This document shows, one piece after another, positions 1 through 9,281 of a stretch of DNA of 52,064 nucleotides. A program made the position numbers and the translations under genes. Below the pieces are notes generated by a model. The model was not told the origin of the DNA and searched no databases. It was given only the letters and a program-made list of their open reading frames with translations. Source of the stretch: a virus (Duplodnaviria; Caudoviricetes); the IMG/VR virus record IMGVR_UViG_3300047409_000754, positions 1 through 52,064 of that record; one strand, given 5' to 3'. Every line of letters starts with the position of its first letter. Position 1 is the stretch's first letter.

Positions 1-20
1 GGCCTGCTTCGGATCGCGGC
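1..20. repeat. Terminal direct repeat (identical to 52045-52064); circular assembly overlap
   Basis: ggcctgcttcggatcgcggc at both ends; an ORF reads in frame across the join. Confidence 0.9.
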
Positions 21-87
21 CCGAACGAATCAACTCAGCGATATTGCTACTGATTGTCTTCTGCGATGACCCGGGGGCGAGCGGCAT
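1..87 (-). CDS. 5' part of a small basic phage protein spanning the origin (continues 52044-51967; 54 aa)
   Basis: ATG at 87 overlaps the portal stop (TGATG); [38 protein letters not shown]... resembles a common small head-region protein. Confidence 0.75.
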   Translation of the reverse strand, partial: [29 protein letters not shown]

Positions 88-1997
88 CACGCGGCCTGCG
101 GCATGGGGAGCGCGCTCGGGAGCGGCCCCGCCGGCGCGCCGCCGGCCGCGCCCTGGCCGATCACCGGGGGGACTGGCGGCGGCAGGCCGGCGGCGCCAGC
201 CTGCGCGATGGACATCGGAACGGGGCCGCCGGCGGGGGCGCCTTGAATTTGTCCCTGTAGATCCTTCGCCGAATCCATGAACCGGCGCAGGAGCTCCAAC
301 CGGTCTTCGGGGCAGCCCTGCGTGCGCTCGCGGAGGTAGCGGTTCTGCGCCACCGTGATCGCCAGGGCGAGGTCCATGTACGGCTCGGGCGACTCGAAGA
401 CCCCGTCCTCGACGATCTTGTCGAGCATCCAGTCGATCGCGTCGCGGCTCGCGGTCTGCAGTTCGATGACGCTGGCCGTGTCGGGGTAATCGATGATCCG
501 GAGGTAGTCCTCCTTCGAGATCTGCCCGGTCTGGAACATCTCGGCGGCGCGCTGGAGGCGCCCGGCCGGCGACGTCGGCAGCGAGGAGATCGGGAACGCC
601 TTCATGACGGCGTCCGTCTTCAGCGTCGGCAGCTCGCGCCAGTCGATCACGTCGATGCCGCCGCCGCGGGGCGCGCGCACCTTCGGACGGATCTCCTCGG
701 CGAGCTCCAGGTCAAGCTTCGCGATGTCGACGACGAGATCCTCGAGCGACATCCCCAGCGTCACGTAACGCTCGCTCTCGGCGCTCTCGAACGCGCGCAG
801 CGCCTCGCCGCTGTTGAGCCCGGCGGGCTTCATGGCCTGCGCGGCAAGCTCGCTGATGCCGACGCGCTTGTAGGCGCGCTCGATCGTCTTGTCCAGGTGC
901 GCGTAGAGCTCGGGGGGGACCGCCCCGGGCGTGATGAACTGTGGCGCTTGCCCCGGCGCGTGGCGGATGATGCCCGCCGCCTTGCTGCCGAGCTGGTCGT
1001 CGGTGACGCCGCTCGTCTTCGGCACCAGCCAGCGGCCCGTCGCCATGCGGCGCTGGCACTCGTCGATGACGACCTGCGTCCGGTTGATGTTCGACTGAAA
1101 CGGCCCGAGGATCTCGGGGATGCCGATGTTCCAGAAGCCGCGCCCGGCGCTGACGCAGGTCATGCGCGCGAACGGGAAGCGCGTGCGCTTGTACTTCTCG
1201 TCGACCAGGGCGATCTTGTCGCTGATGCAGAGCACGTGGCGCCCCGGCGTGCCGTCGGCGTCGGGCAGCTTCCAGCCTTCCAGGACCGCGACCATCGCCG
1301 TGTTGCCGTTCGACGTCGGCCCCTGCCACATCGGCCCCTGGTACGAACCAGGCGCCGTTTCGATCGCGAAGCGCGCGCCCTCATCGTCGCCGTAGATCGA
1401 GAGCAGTTCGGTGCGGCTGACGAAGGTCCGATGGATCAGGGACCGCGGCCACTTCCCGAAATAGAGCGCGTCCCACGGGTCGATCAGCAGCTCGTCGGGC
1501 AGGACGACGTCGTGAACGATGGTCTGGCCGTCGAGCGACGCCGTCGCCTTGATGAACCCGTCGCCGTAGGTGAGCGCGTCCTGGCATGCCTGGCGCGTCA
1601 GGCGATAGGTGTCGGTCTCATGAAAGACGCCGTCGACGAACCGGCTGCGCTTCTTCCCGGCGATGCGCGCGCGGAAGTCGCCGCCGTCGGTGAGGAACAA
1701 GATCCACGGCTTGTTGCGGCCGACCTTGTTGACCAGGGTCTCGACGGCGCTGCCGCAGACGTTGAAGACCGGCGCGCGCCAGTCGGTGAAGTCGAGCGCG
1801 CGGACGTTGGTACGGGTGAGGCTCAGCCCGTAGATGTTCGGCAGGTCGCGGTTGGTGGCGAGGCGCGCGAAGACGAGGTTCCGGGCGCGCCGCTCGAAGT
1901 CGTAGCTTTCGAGGTTCGACGCGACCCCGGCCAGCTTCGTGGGGAGGGATGCCTCGTCGGCGTCCCACCAGCGGCCCGTGTTGAGCTCGAAGGCCAT
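87..1997 (-). CDS. Portal (head-tail connector) protein
   Basis: 636 aa, downstream of terminase and upstream of scaffold/capsid on the circle; helical character and Pro/Gly-rich tail. Confidence 0.8.
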   Translation of the reverse strand: MAFELNTGRWWDADEASLPTKLAGVASNLESYDFERRARNLVFARLATNRDLPNIYGLSLTRTNVRALDFTDWRAPVFNVCGSAVETLVNKVGRNKPWILFLTDGGDFRARIAGKKRSRFVDGVFHETDTYRLTRQACQDALTYGDGFIKATASLDGQTIVHDVVLPDELLIDPWDALYFGKWPRSLIHRTFVSRTELLSIYGDDEGARFAIETAPGSYQGPMWQGPTSNGNTAMVAVLEGWKLPDADGTPGRHVLCISDKIALVDEKYKRTRFPFARMTCVSAGRGFWNIGIPEILGPFQSNINRTQVVIDECQRRMATGRWLVPKTSGVTDDQLGSKAAGIIRHAPGQAPQFITPGAVPPELYAHLDKTIERAYKRVGISELAAQAMKPAGLNSGEALRAFESAESERYVTLGMSLEDLVVDIAKLDLELAEEIRPKVRAPRGGGIDVIDWRELPTLKTDAVMKAFPISSLPTSPAGRLQRAAEMFQTGQISKEDYLRIIDYPDTASVIELQTASRDAIDWMLDKIVEDGVFESPEPYMDLALAITVAQNRYLRERTQGCPEDRLELLRRFMDSAKDLQGQIQGAPAGGPVPMSIAQAGAAGLPPPVPPVIGQGAAGGAPAGPLPSALPMPQAA

Positions 1998-2000
1998 CGG

Positions 2001-2303
2001 TTACTCCGGCCGGGTCGGGTCGCCCCCGCCGGTTGGCACGAACCGGCCCCCGCTGGCGAGCACCTCCAGCATGTCGCGCGCCGGCATCTTGTTGCCGGCG
2101 GCGGCCTCGCGGCGGATGATGTCCAGCGGGTCTTCGCCCGCGGGATCGCCGCGGTCAATCTGCTCGATCAGCACCTCGCCGAGGGTCGCCTGGGCAAGCT
2201 CGGCCTCGACTCCGCCGTCCGGCGTGATCTTGAGCCTCGTGACGCCACACGCACGCGCCGCCTCCAGCAGCGCGCGCAGGTCCTCGGCCTTCGGCAGGTC
2301 CAT
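2001..2303 (-). CDS. Hypothetical protein (100 aa)
   Basis: MDLPKAEDL... start preceded by the repeated late motif; fills the gap between TerL and portal. Confidence 0.7.
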   Translation of the reverse strand: MDLPKAEDLRALLEAARACGVTRLKITPDGGVEAELAQATLGEVLIEQIDRGDPAGEDPLDIIRREAAAGNKMPARDMLEVLASGGRFVPTGGGDPTRPE

Positions 2304-2309
2304 CTCACC

Positions 2310-2327
2310 AAAGCGCCCTCGTACCCA
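2310..2327 (-). promoter_or_regulatory. Putative late-promoter motif, copy 1
   Basis: TGGGTACGAGGGCGCTTT, 6 nt before ATG 2303. Confidence 0.65.
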
Positions 2328-2332
2328 GGCGG

Positions 2333-3976
2333 CTACCAGTTCTGGGGGTCGCCGTCGTCCTCCCGGGCGCGCGCTTCTTGGCGGGCGACCTCGGCCAGCT
2401 CGGCGCGGATCGCCTCCCGGTGGCGCTCGCCGTCGTTCGCGGGCGGCGGCGGCGGTGCCTCGTAGACGTCGAAGTAGTCCTGGAGCGCGTAGCGCGCAGC
2501 CTCGGACGGGTCCGGGTGCCAGGATGCGGCCCAAGAGCGCTGGCCGGTCGCCAGGGCGCTTTTGTCCCACCGGGCGCGCTGGTAGTCCTGCTCGAGCGCC
2601 GAACCCGCCATGACGCGCGCGCGGCCTTGCTCGAGCAGGTCGTTGTTGCGGTCGACCTGGCCTTTCAAGTCGGCTTTCTTCGCCGCCAGCACCACGGGGA
2701 TGCCGTAGTCGCCGAGCAGGTTGTCGATCGTGTTCTGACTCGAGCCGGCATCGTACCGGCACCGCACCACGCCGCCGCGCTGGGCGCCGAGCTGGGTGAA
2801 CGTCCGATACGCGAGCCCCAGGACCGCGAACATCTGGCCCGTGGTCAGGCGCGCACCGCGGGGAGAGCTCCAGTCGAAGACGTGCTGGACCTCGCGCGAC
2901 CGCTCGCCCCATCCCCAGCCCTGGATGCTGGCCCGGTCGCTGTTGGCGCCGGGGTCGAGCGCGAGCGAGAACATCGTCACACCCGGCAGCGGTTCGGCGG
3001 CCATCATCCCGTAGCGGGCGCCGTCCTTGTCGAGCCGCATCGGGTGCGCGTAGCGGTACTGGGTCGTCGGATCGGTCTCGATGTGGGCGGCGTAGACTTC
3101 GCGCAGCCAATCGGGCAGGACGGGCAGGTAGCTGTTTGTCTCGACGCGGTACCGGTAGGCCGTCGCCGTCGGGTCGAACGCCGGCCGGCCGAACCAATCG
3201 CGTTGGATCTGCGGGTGATCCTCGGTCAGGCCCGTGTCGGTGAGATAGCGATCGAGAACGGCGCGCGCGTCGGGCGTGTGAACGTTGGCGAGGCGCCCCC
3301 AGTTGTGCGGCGACCACGCGCCGATCCGTTCCTGGACGTAGATCCCGCCGCGCTCGACCCAGCCCGACTCACGCCAGAAGCGCCCCGCCGGCACCTCGGG
3401 GAAGACGCCAGACAGGATGAGCCGCGCGTTCATCCCCATCATCGGGGGCAAGATCGAATCGAGAAGCTCGTCGAGTACGTGCCCCTGGTCCTGGCACTCG
3501 TCGATGATGACGACGCCGTCCTCGATTCGACCGCCTAGCAAGTTCTTGATGTGGCGCGCGTCGTCGCTCCCGCCCATGAACACGCGCGCCCCGTTCGGGA
3601 ACGTCGTCAGCATGCGCGTCTCGTTGCGCCACTTCGGATCGAGCCCGCTGAAACGGTCGAAGAGCCGTTTCCAGATCGGTTCCCAGTTGTTGTTCCGGAT
3701 CGCCGGACCGTTGAGCCCGAGGATCAGGTTCGTGCTGTTGGGCCGCAGCAGGCCCGTATCCATCAGGATGCCGTCGTCGCCCTGGGACTTGCCCGACTGC
3801 CGGGCGCACATCACGTGTACGCGGTGAGACTGGTCTGTGACGAACGCGAGCTGCTTCGCATGATCGCCGCAGAAGGCCGCCAGCGAGAACGGCGGCGGCG
3901 GCTCGAACCGACCGGCTAATTCACGCCGAAGAAGTTCTCTCGCCGCGCGACCGGGACTGATACTGCGCGCCGCCAT
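2333..3976 (-). CDS. terL: Terminase large subunit
   Basis: Walker A CARQSGKS, Walker B VIIDECQD, C-terminal RNase H-like nuclease (LALDPG...HPDPSEAARYA). Confidence 0.9.
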   Translation of the reverse strand: MAARSISPGRAARELLRRELAGRFEPPPPFSLAAFCGDHAKQLAFVTDQSHRVHVMCARQSGKSQGDDGILMDTGLLRPNSTNLILGLNGPAIRNNNWEPIWKRLFDRFSGLDPKWRNETRMLTTFPNGARVFMGGSDDARHIKNLLGGRIEDGVVIIDECQDQGHVLDELLDSILPPMMGMNARLILSGVFPEVPAGRFWRESGWVERGGIYVQERIGAWSPHNWGRLANVHTPDARAVLDRYLTDTGLTEDHPQIQRDWFGRPAFDPTATAYRYRVETNSYLPVLPDWLREVYAAHIETDPTTQYRYAHPMRLDKDGARYGMMAAEPLPGVTMFSLALDPGANSDRASIQGWGWGERSREVQHVFDWSSPRGARLTTGQMFAVLGLAYRTFTQLGAQRGGVVRCRYDAGSSQNTIDNLLGDYGIPVVLAAKKADLKGQVDRNNDLLEQGRARVMAGSALEQDYQRARWDKSALATGQRSWAASWHPDPSEAARYALQDYFDVYEAPPPPPANDGERHREAIRAELAEVARQEARAREDDGDPQNW

Positions 3977-3979
3977 CCA

Positions 3980-4174
3980 CTACGCGACTCCCAGCGCATG
4001 AAGCTGCTCGACCAAGTGCAGCGCCGTCGGGTCGATGTACGCGATCAGCGCGCCCGAGCCGTCTCGCACCGTTCCGTTGTGCTCGTCGATCCACCACGGG
4101 CGATGATCCATCGGAATGGTCTCGGCGACATCGCGGGCCAAGGCGAGCAGGGCAAGCCGGACGGGTTCGCTCAT
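3980..4174 (-). CDS. Hypothetical protein
   Basis: MSEPVRL..., ATGA overlap with the upstream gene. Confidence 0.55.
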   Translation of the reverse strand: MSEPVRLALLALARDVAETIPMDHRPWWIDEHNGTVRDGSGALIAYIDPTALHLVEQLHALGVA

Positions 4175-4779
4175 ACGTTCGGCAGCGCCGGGTCCTCGAT
4201 GCCGAAGTCGCGCACGAGTCGTCGATCGATGAGCGCCGCGCCGCCAGGGCGCTTCTCCCCGGATTGCGCTCGCAGCCACGCGCGCGCAGCCATTTCGCAT
4301 GGGCCGCACCATACGTGCGTGCGGCCGTCGAAGTGGACGGCCATCGGCGAGCTGCCGTTGTCCTCGTGGCCACGGTCGCACTTGACGGGCGCCACCGGGC
4401 CGAGCGGAAGCCAAGGCGTCGTGATCGAAACTGGCCCGCGCGATACCTCGACGGTCATTTTGCCCGGCGCCTGATTCGTGACGATGCACCGCACGTGCGC
4501 GTATGCCTCGACGTTTTCCAACTCGCCGGTGTAGTTCGTCCAGGTCGCCCCGTCGGTCGAGACCTGCAGGCGCGCGCCGGCGGCCTGGCATGCGGCGCAC
4601 TGGGTGATGTGCGCGGCGAGCCGGTCGCCGTCCATCAGCGTGTCGCACGCCGCACGGATGGGCGGCAGCGGCTTGACGCGCGCTTTCAGACGCGGCGTTG
4701 TTTTCGCAAGCGGCGGCGTGTTCGGAAACATCCGATCGAGGTGCTGCAACATGTCCTGCTTCGCTTGTTCGGGTGTCAT
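4171..4779 (-). CDS. Hypothetical Cys-containing protein
   Basis: 202 aa, GGAGG RBS, CxxC motifs. Confidence 0.65.
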   Translation of the reverse strand: MTPEQAKQDMLQHLDRMFPNTPPLAKTTPRLKARVKPLPPIRAACDTLMDGDRLAAHITQCAACQAAGARLQVSTDGATWTNYTGELENVEAYAHVRCIVTNQAPGKMTVEVSRGPVSITTPWLPLGPVAPVKCDRGHEDNGSSPMAVHFDGRTHVWCGPCEMAARAWLRAQSGEKRPGGAALIDRRLVRDFGIEDPALPNV

Positions 4780-4852
4780 TTCGGTAGCCTCCTGTCAGCC
4801 GCCAGCCACCAGCCGGCGCGCAGCCACTTCCAGAACGCGCGGAGAGCGCGGG

Positions 4853-5377
4853 TCATTCGCCGTCCCTGCCGTTCAGGCGGCGGATCGCCGGAACGATGTC
4901 GTGCCGATGCGCTTGAAGCCAAGCGATAGTGACGCGCGCGCCGCCGAACTCGTCTCGCAGGATGTAGTCCAGGACGTTGTATCCGTGCAGCGGGGCAGCG
5001 ACGCAGGGCCAGTACCAGGGCCGTCCCACCGGCCGCTCCAAGCCGTTGGCGTACGACCCGAGCGCCGTGCTGAGCGCAGCCAATTGAGCTGCGGCCATCG
5101 ATGGCGCCACCGTCCGAATGTCGTGGTCGCGCGCGTTGGGGTCGTGCAGTTGTGCGTGCGGGTCATGCAACGGCGGCGGCGCGCGCCAGACGCTGTTTCC
5201 GCCCATCAACGTCGGCACGGACCCCGGCGGGCAACAGAAGCACGGGGCTGGCTCTCCGGGTTCCGGCACCGCCACCGGTGGCGCGTGATACCCGATCTGG
5301 TCCACCTCGCGCAGCGCCGCGCGGACGTCGGCGTCCGGGTTGCGCAGCTCCTGCTCGACGCGCTCGGCGAAGGTCAT
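4853..5377 (-). CDS. Hypothetical protein
   Basis: MTFAERVEQ... start coupled (TGATG) to the upstream stop. Confidence 0.55.
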   Translation of the reverse strand: MTFAERVEQELRNPDADVRAALREVDQIGYHAPPVAVPEPGEPAPCFCCPPGSVPTLMGGNSVWRAPPPLHDPHAQLHDPNARDHDIRTVAPSMAAAQLAALSTALGSYANGLERPVGRPWYWPCVAAPLHGYNVLDYILRDEFGGARVTIAWLQAHRHDIVPAIRRLNGRDGE

Positions 5378-5787
5378 CAGGGGATTTCCGGCAGCACCGG
5401 ACGCTTGCCCGACAAGTTCCCGCCCGCGCGCTGCCAGTGCCGCACGCCGCGCTGATATTCTGCGAGCCATGCCCTACGCACCCGCCGCGGCAGCGAGTTG
5501 ACCCGCGCCGTCTGTTGCCGCGTGAGCAGGAACAGCGGCTGCACCATCAGAATCTCGTTCCAGCCCTGCGCGAAACCGATCGCGTACTCCGCCGACTTCT
5601 CGCGCAGGTCGTCGGGCTGCGTCTCGTCGAGCGCGCAGCCCAATGCGTACTCGATCACGCCGAGCAGAACGCCCTCATCGCCGCCGTGGTTGCGGCCGGC
5701 CACGACGCCCGCGGTGCGCTGCGGGTGGATGTAGCCCGCGGCCTCGGCGGTCTCGAAGGTGTCGTACTCGACGCGAAGCTCAGTCAT
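5377..5787 (-). CDS. Hypothetical protein
   Basis: 136 aa in an overlapping gene run. Confidence 0.6.
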   Translation of the reverse strand: MTELRVEYDTFETAEAAGYIHPQRTAGVVAGRNHGGDEGVLLGVIEYALGCALDETQPDDLREKSAEYAIGFAQGWNEILMVQPLFLLTRQQTARVNSLPRRVRRAWLAEYQRGVRHWQRAGGNLSGKRPVLPEIP

Positions 5788-6058
5788 TTCGCCCGGTCGC
5801 CTTGACGTCCTTCGGTTCGGCCGGCCTCATGTGCTTCGCGCCGTCCTTGTCGACGATCCCCGTGCAGAGGTGCCAGTGCTGTTCGCAGATCAACGCCGTG
5901 GCGCCGTCGGCGAACGTGCGCACCTCTCCTGGGCGGTCGCACTGGACGGTCTCGGTCAGCGCCGGACCGCCATAGCCTTGCTGCGCAGCAAGGCCGAACG
6001 ATTGAGTCGCCCGCTTCGTCTCGGCCTCGCACTGATTCCAGAGGATCTTGATCATCAT
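5780..6058 (-). CDS. Hypothetical protein
   Basis: MMIKILW..., GGGAG RBS. Confidence 0.55.
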   Translation of the reverse strand: MMIKILWNQCEAETKRATQSFGLAAQQGYGGPALTETVQCDRPGEVRTFADGATALICEQHWHLCTGIVDKDGAKHMRPAEPKDVKATGRND

Positions 6059-6071
6059 GGCTCCCCGCGCT

Positions 6072-6287
6072 TCACAGCGCCCCAATCGCTTCGGACAACC
6101 GCGCCTTGGCGCGCAGAATCTTGCCGACCAGCTTGATGTCAGGCGCCCGGCCGGCGTAGGCCGCGGCGGCAGCGAGCTTCTCGGCGGCGTTCATCACCTC
6201 GTCGAGCGTGGCGTTCTCCCGATCCATCAGCCGGCGGGCCTCGTCAACGAACATCTCCGCCAGCAGCGGGCTCTCGGGAAGGATCAC
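6072..6287 (-). CDS. Hypothetical protein
   Basis: 71 aa, GTGA coupling to the upstream gene. Confidence 0.55.
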   Translation of the reverse strand: MILPESPLLAEMFVDEARRLMDRENATLDEVMNAAEKLAAAAAYAGRAPDIKLVGKILRAKARLSEAIGAL

Positions 6288-6748
6288 GGCACACCCAGCA
6301 GAAGCCGCGTCGCCTCGCCGTGCGAGACCATCGTCACCGGGTAGCCCGCATGCCGCGCGCGCCGAAGCGCCCAGCTCGACGCGAACAGCGCCGACAGCGG
6401 CCGGCCCGGCAGGAACCCGGCGGCATCCATCAGCAGCCGCGCGACGCCAACCCCGCGCCAGGGCACCTTCTTCGTGTAGATCCAGGCGACCGTCCGGTTC
6501 TTGAACGCGATCCAGCCGGCGATCTCGTCGTCATCGGTCTCGGGATGCGCAACCAGCACCGTGAACAGCGCCAGCACCGCCGCCCATTCCTGCTTGTGCA
6601 CCTCGAAGAATGCCGTATTCGGGATGCCGTCGGTGTGATCGCTCTCCCGGTACGAGCGCAGGAAGTCAGAATACAGACACGGGTGATCCGACTCGCGCAG
6701 CGGGCGCGTCAGGAAGCGAACCGGCTCGGGCGCGCCGGCTGCGGTCAT
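6284..6748 (-). CDS. GNAT-family acetyltransferase-like protein
   Basis: Motif-A-like WIYTKKVPWRGVGVARLLM. Confidence 0.6.
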   Translation of the reverse strand: MTAAGAPEPVRFLTRPLRESDHPCLYSDFLRSYRESDHTDGIPNTAFFEVHKQEWAAVLALFTVLVAHPETDDDEIAGWIAFKNRTVAWIYTKKVPWRGVGVARLLMDAAGFLPGRPLSALFASSWALRRARHAGYPVTMVSHGEATRLLLGVP

Positions 6749-7044
6749 CCCGTCGCCTGCGGCAGCAGCGCGCCCATCGTCGCGCGCGCGTTCTCGTCCT
6801 CCTTGTCGACCAGCGCCTTGACGACGTCGGCCAGGGGGATGCGCGCGATCTGCGCCAGCTCGACCTGCACCGGTGTCAGCCCGACGATCTCCGACATGCG
6901 CCCGCCGACGCAGACGACCGACACGACGAGGTCGCCGGTGACCGGGTCCGGGTTGACCGCCAGCCCGGCGCCGACGAGCGCGAACCCGCTGTCACCCAGC
7001 GGGAACGCCTTCACCATCGGGCCGGGCGCAGCGCCGCGGTTCAT
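6745..7044 (-). CDS. Hypothetical protein
   Basis: 99 aa, ATGA coupling. Confidence 0.55.
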   Translation of the reverse strand: MNRGAAPGPMVKAFPLGDSGFALVGAGLAVNPDPVTGDLVVSVVCVGGRMSEIVGLTPVQVELAQIARIPLADVVKALVDKEDENARATMGALLPQATG

Positions 7045-7316
7045 GCGCCCTTCGACTTCTTCGGCGCGGGGGCGCGCACCTGCGCGTCGGGCGGCAAATC
7101 ATCCGGACCAATCGGAGGCGGCGGACCGGGGATGCTCTCCACGATCGCACCCGGGGTCGCATCGACGCTGAACGTCGCCGTCGCCGGCACCACGGGTGCG
7201 CCCTCGACGTCCAGCGCGTCTGCCAAGTACGCCGCCTCCGCCGCATCGTCGGCGTTGCGCGCGTTCGTCACGGCCTTGCGGAGCGCGTTGATCAGTCGCT
7301 GGGTCAGGTCTTCCAT
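7041..7316 (-). CDS. Hypothetical protein
   Basis: 91 aa, AAGGA RBS. Confidence 0.55.
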   Translation of the reverse strand: MEDLTQRLINALRKAVTNARNADDAAEAAYLADALDVEGAPVVPATATFSVDATPGAIVESIPGPPPPIGPDDLPPDAQVRAPAPKKSKGA

Positions 7317-7329
7317 GTCGCTTGTCCTT

Positions 7330-7710
7330 TCAGTCGGCCTTCGTCTTCAGCTCGGCGGCGATCGCCGCCTTCAGGTCGTGATCCGTCTTCATCGCCCGCA
7401 CGACGACGCGCGCGAGCTGCTCCGTCGGGATGCCCGACAGGTCGCCGTCGCCCTTCGTCGCCTCGAGCAGGTGCCGCTTGGCCTGCGCGCAGGTCTCGAG
7501 CGTGCGCGCCAGCCGGCCGACCTGCATCACCTCCTTGTCGGTGAGCGTGGTCTGCTTCGACTTGATGCGCAGCGCCTCGACGTTCCCCCCCAGCGCCTCG
7601 ATGAGGCGGTCGACGTGCTCGTCGCACGTGACGCCCTCGACGACGGCGCGCTCTACCGCGATCTTGCGCGGGCGGCCGACCGGGCGGCGCGGGATGGGCA
7701 GGTCATCCAT
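7330..7710 (-). CDS. Possible terminase small subunit
   Basis: N-terminal RRPVGRPRK and helical body, upstream of TerL in the same operon but not adjacent. Confidence 0.35.
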   Translation of the reverse strand: MDDLPIPRRPVGRPRKIAVERAVVEGVTCDEHVDRLIEALGGNVEALRIKSKQTTLTDKEVMQVGRLARTLETCAQAKRHLLEATKGDGDLSGIPTEQLARVVVRAMKTDHDLKAAIAAELKTKAD

Positions 7711-7930
7711 TGTGCATCTCCTCCATGAGATGGAGCGCCTGCTCCGGGGTGATGACCGCCGGCGCTCGCCGCTTCGTAGGCTGTCCGCATTCTTCGCATG
7801 GGCCGGTCTTCGTCGGCCAGAGCAGGGCCGACAGTAGCGCCAGCCGTGATTCCGATGGCTCCCGGCGCAGCATCTTGCGCACCTCCTCCAGCGGAACGGG
7901 CGGCGGTGGGTAGTTGCTCGGCCTGCCCAT
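7703..7930 (-). CDS. Hypothetical protein (CxxC)
   Basis: MGRPSNY..., coupled to neighbours. Confidence 0.5.
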   Translation of the reverse strand: MGRPSNYPPPPVPLEEVRKMLRREPSESRLALLSALLWPTKTGPCEECGQPTKRRAPAVITPEQALHLMEEMHNG

Positions 7931-8259
7931 CACGCTTCCAGGTGCGCCAGGGCGATGCGCAGCAGCCGGCGCGCGTTCGCGCGGGCCTGCGGGTTGTTGT
8001 CGGCGGTCCGGCACAGCTCGGCGGCGGAGAACGCATACTCCCGCGCCATGCCGGCGCCGCCGGTGATGGCGCGCGCGGCGAGCTCGGTGATCGCGGGGGA
8101 GACGGCGCCGGCCAGGGGGCGCGGCGCTGGATAGAATTGCGGCGGAATCTGCTCGGGCGCGAGCACCGCCGGCACCGCATCCCCGACCGCCAGCGGCGCG
8201 CCGTCGTGCGGCGGCGTCACGACCGGCCGCGGAATCTGCGAGCGCGCTTCATTCTTCAT
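7930..8259 (-). CDS. Hypothetical protein
   Basis: 109 aa, AAGGAG RBS. Confidence 0.55.
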   Translation of the reverse strand: MKNEARSQIPRPVVTPPHDGAPLAVGDAVPAVLAPEQIPPQFYPAPRPLAGAVSPAITELAARAITGGAGMAREYAFSAAELCRTADNNPQARANARRLLRIALAHLEA

Positions 8260-8812
8260 CGATCGGCTCCTTCTCGGCCATCCAGATCCTGACCTGCTTC
8301 AACACGCGTTCGACCCGGTGCTGGCCGACACTCAATTCCGCCTTGATGCGTCGGATGCCGATGCCGTCCGACAGCGCCACCGCGATCGCCCGGTCCCCGT
8401 CGTCGTCGAAGCGCCAGGACAGGTGCTCGATCCGCCGGTAGTACTCGGCCGTCGCTTCGACGCCCCAGGCGACTGCCGAGACGGCGGACCGGTAGCCATC
8501 GTTCGCCAGGTGCTCGTTCGGCGCGCCCGACTCTAGGCACTCGCGCCAGTGCGCCGGCGTCAAGCCATCGAACAGGTGGCTCGGCATCCCGGCGTTCGAC
8601 AGCGGCGCGTCCGGGTTCTCGGGGTTCTCGAGGTCGCGGAAGTCGGCGCGCGCGAGCCGAATCGTCCACACCTTCCGCAGAATCCGTTCCGCCACGCGCC
8701 CCACGGGCCGGCGCGCATTTACGCGGCCTTTTCCTGCGGCGGGCGACAATTCCCGTTGAACCTCCATTGCGTCGCAGTTTCGGACCCTTGGGAGACTCTC
8801 GGAGGATGTCAA
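8249..8812 (-). CDS. C-terminal HTH protein (sigma region 4/LuxR-like); candidate late activator; start uncertain (ATG 8767 possible)
   Basis: DRAIAVALSDGIGIRRIKAELSVGQHRVERVLKQVR helix-turn-helix pattern; sits at the early/late boundary. Confidence 0.55.
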   Translation of the reverse strand: MTSSESLPRVRNCDAMEVQRELSPAAGKGRVNARRPVGRVAERILRKVWTIRLARADFRDLENPENPDAPLSNAGMPSHLFDGLTPAHWRECLESGAPNEHLANDGYRSAVSAVAWGVEATAEYYRRIEHLSWRFDDDGDRAIAVALSDGIGIRRIKAELSVGQHRVERVLKQVRIWMAEKEPIDEE

Positions 8813-9074
8813 TCGGATTCACGTGATTAATCCGAGAATACTTCCCGAGTTTCGATCTGTCGTGGGCACAGCGCGGCATCCTGAGGAAAAAACGCAACTG
8901 TGGCCGTCCGGGATTCCCAGACCCACATTCCCGTCAGTTTTCCCGGCCGTCAGCTATCGGAGCGATTGCAGCACCGGGGGACAGGTCGCACTCGGCCACC
9001 TAGCGCTCGCCGCGCCCCGTGTCACAGGTCGTCGCCTGGGTACGCTCCTCAGCCCGTCGGTGCATCTCCATCGG

Positions 9075-9281
9075 TCACTTGCGCCTCCCCTTCCGCGGCG
9101 CGCGCGTGGCGGCGTCGAGCTGGTCATGCGCTGCCAGCAGCAGGTCATGAAGCATCCGGTTCTGCGTCTGGTCGAAGATGCGACAAAGCACGCGCAACGC
9201 CTCCCGTTGCGCCCGCCTGATTCGCCGCCGCTCGCGCTCTGCGCCGACCTTGATCAACGACCTGAGCACTGGTTTGCTCAC
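9075..9281 (-). CDS. Small basic hypothetical protein
   Basis: GTG start overlapping the upstream stop, GGAGG RBS. Confidence 0.5.
   Translation of the reverse strand: MSKPVLRSLIKVGAERERRRIRRAQREALRVLCRIFDQTQNRMLHDLLLAAHDQLDAATRAPRKGRRK

Noticed and set aside
1-20. Biological terminal repeat of the virion DNA
   Set aside because: Only 20 nt and in the middle of a gene; better explained as assembler overlap
897-3538. Long plus-strand ORFs (897-2465, 2378-3538; likewise 33396-34958, 37920-39527, 40682-42271)
   Set aside because: Antisense shadows of real genes in high-GC DNA; Arg/Ala-rich with no motifs
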